NCBI GenBank assembly: GCA_964016885.1
Contig: OZ024742.1
Coordinates: forward strand, 361,026,001-361,090,000
DNA from: Eledone cirrhosa
Lineage: Eukaryota
Length of the DNA stretch: 64,000 bases
Direction of reading: 5' to 3'
Below, piece by piece: positions 51,207 to 64,000 of this stretch (position 1 is its first letter; each line of letters begins with the position of its first letter). The position numbers and the translations under genes were made by a program. The notes under the pieces are model-generated. The model was not told the DNA's origin, searched no databases, and saw only the letters and a program-made list of their open reading frames with translations.

Positions 51207-51415
51207 GAGGTGGATTGGCCGTATCGGTGGAGCATCGGACAACATGCTTTGTGTCATAGAGTTATGGGCCTTCCTGTTCTCTATCTAAATCCCGCTGGGG
51301 TTAACTTTGCCTTTCATCCTTATGGGTTCGATAAAATAAAGTACCTGTCATGAACTGGGGTTGATTTAATCCCCAAAATTGCTGGCTTTGTGCCAATATA
51401 AGAAATCATTATTAT
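51207..51415 (+). mobile_element. SINE family B variant
   Basis: GCCTTTCATCCTTATGGGTTCGATAAAATAAAGTACC core. Confidence 0.7.
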
Positions 51416-53073
51416 TCAAATACACATGATTAACATTCAACATATTCTTTCTGTAAGGCATCAAATAAATCTTTAATGGCTGATGTCATTCAATCTGCAT
51501 ATCTGATTTTTTAAAAACCTCTGTCCTTTTCATCACTTCGTTTTTTACTGAGATTTTTAATAGTTTGCGGTAAATTTTTAATAGGTTGCGGTATTGGTGG
51601 TAAATCTCTTTACCCATCAGCAAACTGATCATAGATCCAGTCAAGATGTAAAATGTAACCTCAAAGAATGAAAGATATCCAGATCTGGTGTAATATATGA
51701 GACCCATTTCAAACTGCTTACTATGTACATTGGTAATCAATGTTAAATTCATATGGCCTATATAGGTTATGTGTTACAGAAACAGTGTACTTGCAAGTAA
51801 TAAAACAAGAATACACACACTAGAATTTAAAGCAAGTATGCCTCCCCAAAATAGAACACCATGCCACTTAGACTATGTGGTCCCTTCTTTAGTTTGGTCA
51901 CTCTATGATATTAATGTTGTACCACTATATAATTCTCATGTGGTTTATTTTCTGATGGTGAGTTTCATGTTATCCATTTCCCAGTAAAAGCTGAAGTCAA
52001 CTCAGAAATAAGTCACCAAGCACTCATCAGTTGTACAGTCTTGCTACTGCTTACAGTTGTTTCTATCTTACAATACCTATATACAACTAAGCCAATTGTA
52101 GTATTGGAAAATTAAATGTATCAGCTTTATATCCATTTCAAGTAGTAGGAATTGAACTGTAAGCATTTAGGCAGATAATCTGGACAACCAAATTAACTCA
52201 AATTTCTGTAACACACATCACAAAACAGGCTGAATTCAATGATGACAATAAAACAATGTTTGACAGATAATTGCTTATATTTTAAGAATTTGTTTATCAG
52301 ACCTGACAATCCAGTACATTATTCAACAAATATTTTGTATTTAATTTAAAGGTCTACTGAGTTTATGATATTTACACTAGTATCATTGAAAGTATCAAAT
52401 CTAATAAATAAACCATTTTCAGAGTTTTATCTAATAAAGGGTAACAGAGCTATTTTCTTCTATATTTTGAAATCTATACCCCAAAATTGCATCACTGATA
52501 TTCTTATATACTGATATTGAAATATTTATCATAATATTGAAACTCAGATATTGACACCTTCATATTTGGATATCAGTTTTAATATACTAATATTGAAAAA
52601 TATATCTTGGCAACGAACCATGTACTGGAACTAATATCACACTATTGAAAGCAATATTCAGTTAATGAAACCAAATATATTATACAGAAACTGATATTAG
52701 GATACTGAAACTGTTATCGTATTACTGAAAACGTGATATTGAAGTCAATATAGTAATATTAAAACTGAAGTGGAAACAAGAAACGTATAGCATTATTTAC
52801 CAGCAAAACAAATATATTGTATGACTAAATGTCTGGTCTGAAATATTATTTTCAAACATTGGTACAGGGTCAGAAATATATAAGGAAAGTGAATGAAGAT
52901 GTGTGGCTTATCATCATTGTGGGTTCAATGTACTTTATTTCACATTGCTCCAGTTCATCATCTTCTCATCATTGTTTTTATATTTTCCATATTGGCATGG
53001 GCTGGATGGGTTATGTTACACCTGGCTCTCCTCTCTTTAGTCACCACTAACAATACAATCGATATAGTGTACC

Positions 53074-53355
53074 CAGGGGCCTTGTTTGCCTTAAAAATGT
53101 GAGGGGGTCAAACCAACATTTGTTGATTCTTAAAGGAGCATAAATTATTTATGGTGCCTTAACCGGACCCTATCACATAAGTAAAATTTTACGCTAATTA
53201 AATTTTATATATTCAAATGAAGTTCAGATGTAAAAGAATAAGCTTGAAAAAAAATTTATTATATCAAATAAACAAAAAATAAAATATAGACATTTGAAAA
53301 AGTGTGGAGGGAAGGGGCACTTGTCCCCTAGTACCCCCCTGAAACAAGGCCCTTG
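53074..53355. mobile_element. hAT-type MITE with 8-bp TSD
   Basis: TIRs CAGGGGCCTTGTTT / AAACAAGGCCCTTG; TSD AGTGTACC at 53066-53073 and 53356-53363. Confidence 0.8.
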
Positions 53356-53411
53356 AGTGTACCTATTCTAAATCCCTGGTACAGCTGAAGTTGTCTTCTA
53401 ATATTAGTTGC

Positions 53412-53636
53412 TTAAGCCTTTAGCATTAAACCACCTGTATCCAGCCAGAATTTCCTCACCTCTTTCTATTTAAAATGGCTGTAACCAGCCACTCATACTG
53501 ATGTTAAGGTTTTGTTCTCAAAATGAATAATATCAAACTCTCCTAGATTCGGTATTATGTGAGATAATTATGTGAGGTAAAGCCTTTACTGCGAAAATAC
53601 AATAGTATATAGAGTAATGTAAATGCTAAATGGTCA
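53412..53636. mobile_element. piggyBac-like MITE, second copy
   Basis: Similar to 16591-16817; TTAAGCCTTTAGCATT...AATGCTAAATGGTCAA. Confidence 0.6.
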
Positions 53637-54109
53637 ATGGCACATCAAATGGAATAATCTCTTCCTTGATAAGCACCTGCAGATATGGTAAATTTTAAGT
53701 AACCATAGCATATTCTTTTTACTGGCTTCTATCATAGGACTATGGCCATGCAACAGTAGATTCAATTGTAATTTACCCAACTGCTAGATGGTGGTGTTAA
53801 ACAAGGTGACCAATTAATTCTATCACTCAAGTAGGATTTGAACTCAGAACTGAAAGAGCCAGAATAAAAGTCACAAGATATTTCCTTTGATGTTCTAACA
53901 ATACCATCAGTTGGTATTTTATTTATATTCTCTGAAAAGATGAAAAGTAAAGTTTACCTCTGCCAAAATAGACCTCTGAAAGCAGATAGCTTGAACAAAT
54001 ACCACAACACATTCTATTTTATGCTCTAACAATTCTGCCACTTTTTCAACTTTATTCCTATTATAACAGTATTGCAATTTCACCAACTAACTTATTTTCA
54101 CCAGTGGCA

Positions 54110-54430
54110 ACCTGGTGCAATCTGTGACTAATGCAATCTCTGCTGCACTTTGGGCTGAGGAGGGTAAACTCTCCAACTATCGGTCATTCTCTGACAGGTT
54201 TGTGGTCGAGCTGGTAGCAGTGGAGACTTCTGGTGTCCTTGGCCCTAGGGGTACCTCCCTACTCACTACCATTGACACAGTGTTGGATACCTACAGGTAT
54301 GAGTCTCATGAGTTGGAATAGCTCTTTCAACGTGTCTCCCTCACGGGAAACGCCTCTCTTCTGTCCGCCGGAGCCGCAGGGCAGCCAGCACATGGGCTCC
54401 CATTTGTTTATAATAATGAGAGATGGGGAG
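54110..54430 (+). pseudogene. CRE-like non-LTR retrotransposon restriction-like endonuclease 3' remnant (second copy 55930-56225)
   Basis: SAALWAEEGKLSNYRSFSDRFVVELVAVETSGVLGPRG resembles the AA..AE..K..KY..L...F.P.AVET.G..G pattern. Confidence 0.6.
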
Positions 54431-54456
54431 ATGGCTCTTCCAACACATCTCCTCCA

Positions 54457-55098
54457 CTTACATCGTATTAGGTGTACTCCTTACACCGTGTTAGGTGTAC
54501 TCCTTACACCATGTTAGGTGTACTCCTTACACCGTGTTAGGTGTACTCCTTACACCGTGTTAGGTGTACTCCTTACACCGTATTAGGTGTACTCCTTACA
54601 CCGTGTTAGGTGTACTCCTTACATCGTATTAGGGGTACTCCTTACACCGTGTTAGGTGTACTCCTTACATCGTATTAGGTGTACTCCTTACATCGTATTA
54701 GGGGTACTCCTTACACCGTGTTAGGTGTACTCCTTACACCGTATTAGGTGTACTCCTTACACCATGTTAGGTGTACTCCTTACATCGTATTAGGTGTACT
54801 CCTTACACCGTATTAGGTATACTCCTTACACCGTATTAGGTGTACTCCTTACACCGTGTTAGGTGTACTCCTTACACCGTGTTAGGTGTACTCCTTACAC
54901 CGTGTTAGGTGTACTCCTTACACCGTATTAGGTGTACTCCTTACACCGTATTAGGTGTACTCCTTACACCGTGTTAGGTGTACTCCTTACACCGTGTTAG
55001 GTGTACTCCTTACACCGTGTTAGGTGTACTCCTTACACCGTGTTAGGTGTACTCCTTACACCGTATTAGGTGTACTCCTTACACCGTGTTAGGTGTAC
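54457..55098. repeat. 23-bp minisatellite (TTAGGTGTACTCCTTACACCGTR)n, ~28 units, each with an internal hairpin
   Basis: Directly visible; GGTGTA/TACACC stem with CTCCT loop. Confidence 0.95.
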
Positions 55099-57095
55099 AA
55101 CCATGGAAATATTTGTAAAATACTTACAGAACTATAAAACATAATTAGAAATAATGTCAAGCTGAAGGTAGAATCAGATGACTAACATCTTTGTGATGTT
55201 ATGAAAAGATTTTAAGGTCTATTCTTCTCACTTGACACTTTTAATGTAATTGACAGTGATATGAGATTGTTAAGAATGCTGCACTTTGTGTGTAACTATT
55301 CTTTGAAGTTCTTTAAATTGAATGTGTTATTTTGTTTGTTTCGTAAGCCAGGATTAAAATGTGGAAGTTTTCTTCAAAGAAACTGTTAATAACCTCTTTC
55401 AGTCCATTATTACAAAGTGTAACATGATTAATTTTTGACCAATTAATTATGTTCTGCGTACCGCTTTCTCACAAATTCCTAATATATTTCAAAAGCTGTC
55501 TGATAATTGCTCCTAAGTCCAATAAAAATTAAAAAAACAAAAGAAATAGAAAGCAGCGCTTATATTGATATTGTCAAGTCTGAAATACTTTTAATAAATC
55601 TTGTGTAAATATTTCTATTTTATCACTAACATTTGTTATATATTGTTCCTCACTTATATACTGCTAAATAATAGTTTAGCTTTCATTGAACAGACTTCAT
55701 TCACGAAACACTTTCACTAGATATCATTTCAGTATTCTTTTTATTGTGTGCATGTATATTGTTTTTTGTCTTTTTGTTTTTGCTTTTCTAAAATATATTT
55801 GTTTTCTTTGTATGACATTAATAGCACTGTTATTGATCAAATAGCATTATTTTATTGTTAGTTAAGGAAATGATTTTTGATTAAAGAAAATGTTAGCAAT
55901 TAAGGTTAAAATAGCAGCCATAATCTAACCCAGGTTCTGCTGCACTTCATGCTGAAGAGGGTAAACTCTCCAAATATCAGTCGCTCTCTGACAGGTTTGC
56001 AGTTGAGCTCCTAGCGGTGGAGATTTCTGGTGTCCTTGACCATAGGGCTACCTCCCTACTTACCACCATAGGCACTGAGCTGGTTAGCTGCAGGTGTGAG
56101 CCTCGTAAGATGGAATGTCTCTTCCAGCGCATCTCCTTTACCATTCTCCATTTTGTCTGCCAGGGCCATGGAGCGGCCAGCAAATGAGACCCCATTTGCT
56201 CATAATGCAGAGAGATGGGGGAGGGTGAGAGAGATGGAGGCGATGACAGTGGAAGTTTGGCTCTTCTGTGTTCGGACCTGGTGTGCAGCGTCAGTTGTCC
56301 ATATGGAGATAGTGATTCAATTATTTCTCTTCTTTTCCTCAATCTCCACAACAGAGATGCCTAATACTAGAACATGGTAAAATCTCATGACCATAACAAA
56401 TAATATTTACAAATAATATTTTAAAATCATAAGTTAAAATCCTATACATACAAATGATCTGGTATTCAAACACGTTAGTAGAAATAAACTGAGCACTGCT
56501 TCATTTATATACTGTCAGAAAGAAAATCTGGGTAGCTAAGAACATTAAAACTTTGTAAGAATATACTTTATAGGTGCAGAAATATCTGCAGGGCTGAGAA
56601 GTTAAATTTGTAGCACCATGGTTTTGGGTTCAGTCCTACATTATTAGATTCAATATAATTTACTAGACCCCTTGTGTTGGGATCTCAATTCTGTTTTGTT
56701 TTTTTTAAATCAAGGGAGACAACCAAGAAAAATTATCGATTTTCAACACCAATCATTGCTTATAATCTCCCTTATTATTTGGGACCGAATTGTTTGTGAT
56801 CATTCTACCTGCTAAATATAGCAACCAAATCCTAAATTTTGCCCTATTGTCTTTGACAAAAGAAAAACAATCAGAATGTAATCTGAGATCAACTATGTTG
56901 AGAATGCCATAGATCCTAGGCCTGATTGATTAGAGATTGATCTGCTGCTAAAAAACAACATGAGTTTTAAACATAACCAGTACTATACCAACGACTATCT
57001 CACAATCACTTAATTTACTCTGCTATAAATCTCATGCACATACTGATTGCAACTACTGAGGGATAATTACATATGTGAACATCTGAAAATTCTGT

Positions 57096-57272
57096 CTCCC
57101 TAAACATGAAATTTAGTATAATCTCCCTATACATGAAGATATCCTACAATTTAGTATCACCTCCCTAAACATGAAGATATCCTACAATTTAGTATCACCT
57201 CCCTAAACATAAAGATATCCTACAATTTAGTATCACCTCCCTAAACATGAAGGTATCCTACAATTTAGTACA
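57096..57272. repeat. ~38-bp tandem repeat (CTCCCTAAACATGAAGATATCCTACAATTTAGTATCAC), ~4.5 units
   Basis: Directly visible. Confidence 0.9.
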
Positions 57273-57344
57273 CCCAATAAAGATTCCTTACAAGAAGGCT
57301 TTTCATGTGATATATTTATTTATTCTCTACATTCAACATAACTA

Positions 57345-57892
57345 CACTCAACTCTCTCCACAAACGTTGCATGTGGTTCACCAATACATTTTACTGACTT
57401 CTGCACACTCAACTCTCTCCACAAACGTTGCATGTGGTTCAACAATACATTTTACTGACTTCTGCATACTCAACTCTCTCCACAAACGTTGCATGTGATT
57501 CAACAATACATTTTACTGACTTCTGCACACTCAACTCTCTCCACAAACGTTGCATGTGGTTCAACAATACATTTTACTGACTTCTGCATACTCAACTCTC
57601 TCCACAAACGTTGCATGTGATTCAACAATACATTTTACTGACTTCTGCACACTCAACTCTCTCCACAAACGTTGCATGTGATTCAACAATACATTTTACT
57701 GACTTCTGCACACTCAACTCTCTCCACAAACGTTGCATGTGATTCACCAATACATTTTACTGACTTCTGCACACTCAACTCTCTCCACAAACGTTGCATG
57801 TGGTTCAACAATACATTTTACTGACTTCTGCACACTCAACTCTCTCCACAAACGTTGCATGTGGTTCACCAATATATTTTACTGACTTCTGC
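57345..57892. repeat. 61-bp tandem repeat, 9 near-identical units
   Basis: CACTCAACTCTCTCCACAAACGTTGCATGTGGTTCAACAATACATTTTACTGACTTCTGCA. Confidence 0.95.
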
Positions 57893-58181
57893 AGTATTAG
57901 GATGAAACAATTGAAATCTGTCATTCATATGTCTTCTATGAAATAGCCTGTGTTTTACTCTAAGATACCTGATTGCAGAAATGGAATATTTGCTATATGG
58001 ACAGCTTTAATGGATGTTTATTGTTGGGAATATAATAGAACTAAGTCCTAAAACATACACTTGAATGTTCCGACGAAGATATATTCTAAATGAAATATTA
58101 CACAAATAGAGATTTTGCTTTACTACCAGAAAGCTCACTTTTAAAACATATTTTGTAGTAGGCTTTTAGAAAGAAAGATAA

Positions 58182-58273
<92 letters not shown>

Positions 58274-60275
58274 CGAGAGAGGGTCAGAGAGCTAAATAGC
58301 AAGAGAAAGAGGGAAAAAGAGAGAGAGAAAAATAAAGTGTGTATGGGAAAGTATTACAGAATGGCTGTGTGACTAAATGAGGGGAGGGTATTAAACTAAG
58401 AAGTATCTAACTGTAGAGGGCAATTTTATTGTTTGTCAACAAAACCTTATATCTGTTCTCGGTTTGGGAATTATCCAAGTATTAATATCAACCATGTCTT
58501 TGTATACTGAAATATGTAATACCAGAGTTATGCCAGAACAAAGTAAGGATCAAACCAATGGAAAAAATTCTCTTCTGACATATTGTCATCAAATGAGAGG
58601 GAATTATCATTTCAAGCCATTTTCGTATTTTCTAATGCACTTTTGACTTATTATAAAATTGATAATGTACATAAAGAAAGAAACTTATTGCCACTCTCAA
58701 GCTTTTATCTAACTATATTTTTTTCGTAAAATATCTTTGTAACGGTATGCAAACAGGAATTGTGAATTTCCTTTGTACTTGAGTGAATAGCTGTGATGGA
58801 AATAAGGTTTCAAGCTTGATGCATGAATTACTGGTGATAAACATGGTGGTAATGGTGATATTGACAGAGGTAGAAGTGCTAACAAAGAATAACATCAAAA
58901 GACAATAAAAATGCTAAATGGTTGCATGAAAACATTGACTTTCAGGCTATATAAGATTTTTTGTCCAGAAAACAGCAGTTATCTCACTTATGGACAGTTG
59001 ACTGGATATTTAATATACTTTATACAACATAGAAACGTTTGTTTTGTTGTTTTATGACTAAAGTAATTAATCTTATATAAATTAGATAACATTCCAAAAT
59101 GTTTATAATTCTTATAAAATATAAATACAAATATATAATAAATACAATTATTTCTAGGACCCGCACAAAAATATGTGATCAAAGCGAGAAGAACAAAAAA
59201 CAAAAACAACCATAAATTCACCACCAAGTGCAACAATCGACCACAGACCACAAGGGTCAATATTTTGTTATTTAATTATTGTTTTAAAGGGTCTGCTGTT
59301 GACAAGTGGATTGTTAAATCCTAGGATCTCTGTTAAAGACCATCAAAAGTAAAATGGAGGCCAACTGCAGAAAGTCGATTATTTTGTACAAACCAGAGTA
59401 GTTATAGTAAAGACAGAGCATGCAAGTTATGCAGACATGTAAGTCAACCCATGGGAGGCACACAAACGTAGAATAGTCCATTGTTACTTGATAGGGGTGA
59501 AAATGTACTATCAGACATGCATGCCAGTCACGTTCAGTCTTCCTCACAGTTATCAAACTATGAAGTTTAGTAAGGATGGGTTTCTGCAAAGTTTCTGTTG
59601 ACTAAATGTAATTCACAAGGTTTGGCCAGCATGAGGCTTGCATAGAAGATATTTACTCATGATATCAATAAGTAAGATAATCATATTACCATAATCATAT
59701 TACCAAAAAGCAAGTTTCTTAACCACATTGGTATTTCTGTATTCCCAGATACAATGCGTTTCCATGTTCATATCTAAAAGCTCAAAATGCCATTTTCTCT
59801 TATTAGCTTTTGATTATCAAAATGGTGAGAGGCTCCACAGTTGTGTCAAAGATATGACAACCTCTCCTGTGCACTCAGTGTAACATAAGACTCCATATAA
59901 GTGAAACAGATTCCTGGCCTGTCTGGGAGATCAGTGGCTCTACTCAGTACTGACTTGTTCTTTCACTGGCACTAGGTCCACCATTACACTTACATACAGG
60001 TCATGAATGAAAGAACTTATAGTTATGGCAAGCCATCAGAGCTACTGGCTTTGATGGTGTTTTAGCATTATCAAACGATGCACAAACCTAGCCACCATCC
60101 TCACCAAACACTTTCACATAAAACAGGAAGAATTTCCAAAATTGATCAGATTAGAGCAAAAATCACGAGCACTCTATCTCAAAATTATTTTTGAAAAGCA
60201 TAAGAAATGCACAACCGGTAAAAATTTAAAACTAAACTGAATACTAACTAATACTTATTACTAATTTATACTTAA

Positions 60276-60460
60276 GGGCGGTGAATTGGCAGTATCGGTA
60301 GAGGGTTGGATTATGCTTTCTAGCATAGTTACGTCCCTTTACGATCTGAGTTCAATTCCCGCCGAGGTTAACTTTGCCTTTCATCCTTACGGGGTCGATA
60401 AAATAAAGTACCAGTAATGTACTGGGATAATTGCTGGCCTTGTGCCAAAAAGTAGAAACA
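60276..60460 (+). mobile_element. SINE family B with 18-bp TSD
   Basis: ATTACTAATTTATACTTA at 60257-60274 and 60461-60478. Confidence 0.88.
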
Positions 60461-60557
60461 ATTACTAATTTATACTTATTCCTAATTAAACTATTTTTCA
60501 CTGGGAAAAATTTGTCAGCATTTTCTTTTCCTTTTTACTAATATATATATATGTGTG

Positions 60558-63030
60558 TCATCATCATCATCATCATCACCGTTTTACGTCCGTTCTTCCA
60601 CGCTAGCATGGGTTAGACGGGTTGTCCTGTTGTGGGCAGTGTCTGGTCGGCTGACCATGCCTTGCTCATACAGGAACTGATCTGGCTTGATTTCTACAGC
60701 TGGATGCCCTTCCTAACACCAACCTCATTTACAGTGAGTGCTGGGTGCTTTTTCGTGGCGCCTACACGTCCACTTTACAGTGTGGGCTGGGTGCTTTTTT
60801 GCCGTGGCACCTCCACGACCACCTTGCGGTGGGGGGGGGGGGGCATATTGTTTATATGCTTCAGCATGTACCCATGGGAGGTCGGGTACCCTGTATTACT
60901 GCGTGACGCCAGAAGTCACGGTCGTGTGTCATTGACTTTGAGAGGTGTAGTTGGGTAAGGTCGGCTTTTATCACCTCATCCCAAGTCATCTTGGGTCTCC
61001 CCACTCCGCGGTTTCCATCAACTTCTAGTGCTCTGCACCTTTTTATGCAGCTGTCATCCTTCATACGCATCACATGTCCATACCAGCGTAACCGCCTCTC
61101 CTGCACGCAGCATTTGATTCCTCTTATGCTCAGTCTCTCTCTCAATTCATTTATGCTTTGTCGTTCACGTATATTACTGTTACACATCCATCGGAGCATG
61201 CAGGCTTCGTTTCTCTCTAATCTACGTAAGTCTTCCACCTTCAGCGCCCAGGTCTCACTACCATGCAACATCGCTGTTCGGATACACGCATCATACAGTC
61301 TGCCTTTCATTCTGAGGGAGAAGCCTTTTGCAGCTAGCAGTGGTAGTAGTTCCCTAAACTTCTTCCATCCCGTTCTTACCCTAGTTATTGTACTTTCTGA
61401 GCACCCACCTCCGTTGCTAATTCGGTCCCCTAGGTAGCAGAAGCTGTCTACTGTTTCTACAGGGCCCTCCCAGAGATTGGTGGTACTTGTTTCCTGTGGC
61501 TGTTTGCTTGCTGTTTCAGCACAGCTGCTGCATGTGAATCCTACATTCTTAATTAAGCTTCCTGAGATCCCGCTACATCTCTTGTGTACCCATTGTTTGC
61601 ATTTGGGGCAAAGAATGGAGTTCCTACCTACACCTTTCCTACATACTGAGCAAGGCCATTTCCCTGAGGGGATCTGGGTTCTGTTTTCTCGTCTACTTAT
61701 AAGGACCTTAGTCTTTGTCATGTTGACTTTGAGGCCCTTTCTCTCTAGTCCCTGCTTCCAGGTTTGGAATTTATTCTCTAGTTCTACCATAGATTCAGCT
61801 ATGAGTGCGAGGTCATCAGCATACAGGAGTTCCCATGGGCATCCGGTCTTAAACTCCTCCGTTATTGCCTGCAGGACTATGATGAACAGGAGAGGGCTAA
61901 GAACAGAGCCCTGGTGGACCCCAACCTGTACGCTAAATTCCTCGCTATACTCATTGCCAATCCTAACTTTGCTGACTGCTCCCCTATACATGGCTTGTAC
62001 CGCTTTCACAAGCCATTCATCTACTCCTAGTTTTCTAAGAGCCCACCAGATTACTGCACGTGGAACTCTGTCAAAGGCTTTCTCAAGGTCGACAAATGCC
62101 AAGTAGAGTGGCTTACTTTTAGCTAGGTACTTTTCCTGTAATTGCCTCACAAGGAAGAGCGCATCAGTGGTGCCTTTCCCTGGTACAAACCCAAATTGCA
62201 TCTCGTCTATATTCACCCGGTCCCTAATCAGCTGTGCTATAACTCTTTCTGTTACTTTCATGACCTGATCCATCAACTTTATACCTCTATAGTTTCCTCT
62301 ATCTAGTGCATCGCCTTTACCTTTGTAGCAGTTGACAATGATGCTACTGCACCAATCTTTTGGTATGGCCCCCTCTAGTATTACCTGGTTAACGATACGT
62401 GTGGTTATAGTGTGACCTACAGACCCAGATGCCTTCAGCATCTCGGCAGCTATACCCGATGGACCGGTTGCCTTCCCTATCTTCATATCTCTGATTGCCT
62501 TACTTACTACGCTGCCGCTGACTTGTACTGCTGGTCCCTCTATAGGGTCTACGTGGGGTAGGGTCTCTTCTTCCCATGCATTCTCCTCATTTAGTAATCT
62601 ATCATAATGACTCTTCCATGCATCTTTCTTCTCAGCACTTGTGAGGGCAAGCTCACCTTTATCATTCCGGATACACTTCTCTCCAATGACATCACAACTA
62701 TCTCTGACACACTGCCTCGCAATCTTGAATACCTCCTGTTTCTGGTCCTCACGTTGTAAAACATGCTTGAATTTTCTATCCTCTGCTTCCCTCCTAGCTA
62801 AGTATACTTGTCGCCTAGCTTCCCTCTTGGTCTCTATGTAATGTACCCTGCTCCCCCCGTTCTTCCATTCTTTCCATGCCTGTCTCTTGGCCTTGACTGC
62901 TTCATCTACCTTATTGTTCCACCACCAAGTCACTCTCCTCCTGCTTGAGGTCTTACTCCAGCCACAAACCTCATCCGTCGCCTCTAGTAAGTTATTCTTT
63001 AGGAACTCCCAGTTCTCTTCTACGTTAAAT
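60558..63030 (-). mobile_element. 5'-truncated young RTE-clade LINE
   Basis: Near-identical to 8392-10474 and ~390 bp longer at the 5' end; (GAT)n tail. Confidence 0.92.
60861..63030 (-). CDS. RTE ORF fragment: linker + RT with PHD-like finger (AP endonuclease missing)
   Basis: Uninterrupted frame with TWWWN linker motif and all RT motifs; the track's start at 63104 lies in microsatellite. Confidence 0.9.
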
Positions 63031-63686
63031 GTGTATATATATATATATGTGTGTATGTGTATATAGATACATATATGTATATGTGTATATGTATGTATAT
63101 ACATACATATATGTGTATATGTATATATATAGAGACATAGGTATATGTATATTTGTAGTAAATATTACATCAAAAAGAACCTTTGTTTTCTCTATTCAAA
63201 ATAATTTTCTTTGATAAAAAAAACCGTTGATATTTTTATGACAGGTTTACAATAGTTGTATTAATAAACATGCATGTCAACACAAATACTGTGTTTATAA
63301 TCAAAAAGCATTCTCTAATAGTTCATGCTGCAAATAATTATTCTATAATTACAAATATATTTATAACCATGGTAACATAGATATCTCTATGAAATCAAAC
63401 TTCAGCCTACACATTTTTAACATTTATAATATTTGTTTGGAGAAATCTTTACGAGACAAAATTCAGGTTTTCTTTTATGTTTTAAAAACAACAAAACGCT
63501 ATTTTGTCTTGTTAATTAATTAGCTAATATATTATCTATACCAGCTCATGTTTAACAATCTAACCATAATTTCAATTGATAAATTGTACAATTATCTTAA
63601 CTAATACATGAGGATTAAATATAAATTATTTATGTGCTATTCAATAATACTTTTCGTATTTTTCAAATTCACATATATATATATAT

Positions 63687-64000
63687 ATGATTCCGTCAGA
63701 GAAATGGCCATGTTCGATATGCAGAAAAGGAACTGGCATAAATTCTATAAAATGCACACAATGCAGATCCTGGGTACACAAGAGATGTAGTGGGATAGCA
63801 GGCAAACTAACAGGTAGGGAGAAATATGTATGCAGTAGATGTACAGGGAAATTAGACAGTAGAAGTCGCATTGATAGACACATTTTTCAAATGCAGGAGG
63901 GCGCTATAGAAGTGGTGGATAGCTTCCGGTAACTAGGAGATCAGATTAGCATGGGAGGAGGGTGTTCCGAGGCCATAGTATCTAGAATAAGGACGGGTTG
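63687..64000 (+). pseudogene. RTE RT fragment of a further subfamily (PHD-like finger region), runs off window
   Basis: [31 protein letters not shown]...YVCSRC...VVDSFR* with in-frame stop. Confidence 0.85.

Noticed and set aside
54457-55098. CRISPR-like array of palindromic repeats
   Set aside because: Units are head-to-tail with no unique spacers, no cas genes, eukaryotic context
54457-55098. Telomeric TTAGG repeats
   Set aside because: TTAGG occurs once per 23-bp unit, not as a tandem telomeric tract
63031-63104. N-terminus of the 747-aa ORF
   Set aside because: Lies in TA/TG microsatellite; the element is 5'-truncated at ~63030

Overview
AT-rich, repeat-dominated eukaryotic DNA with no confidently identifiable host exon (intronic or intergenic). 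The mix of long (TA)n microsatellites, RTE LINEs and abundant tRNA-derived SINEs resembles a coleoid cephalopod (octopus-like) genome; that assignment is inference. Contents: two near-identical, 5'-truncated RTE-clade LINEs with open RT frames in opposite orientations (8392-10474 +, 60558-63030 -), each with a C4HC3 PHD-like finger inside the RT; many decayed RTE, CR1, R4-like and CRE-like fragments; a Penelope-like GIY-YIG remnant; at least three SINE families; hAT- and piggyBac-type MITEs; and several minisatellites. The most notable signal is non-coding: the first 18 kb hold several unrelated families of minimal type I hammerhead ribozyme motifs (CUGANGA-stem II-GAAA-short stem III-NUH, closed by stem I). 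They lie in short units arranged as fold-back palindromes and ~370-nt tandem repeats, mostly next to (TA)n, a Penelope pLTR/retrozyme-like arrangement. All calls were made by eye; element boundaries are approximate.
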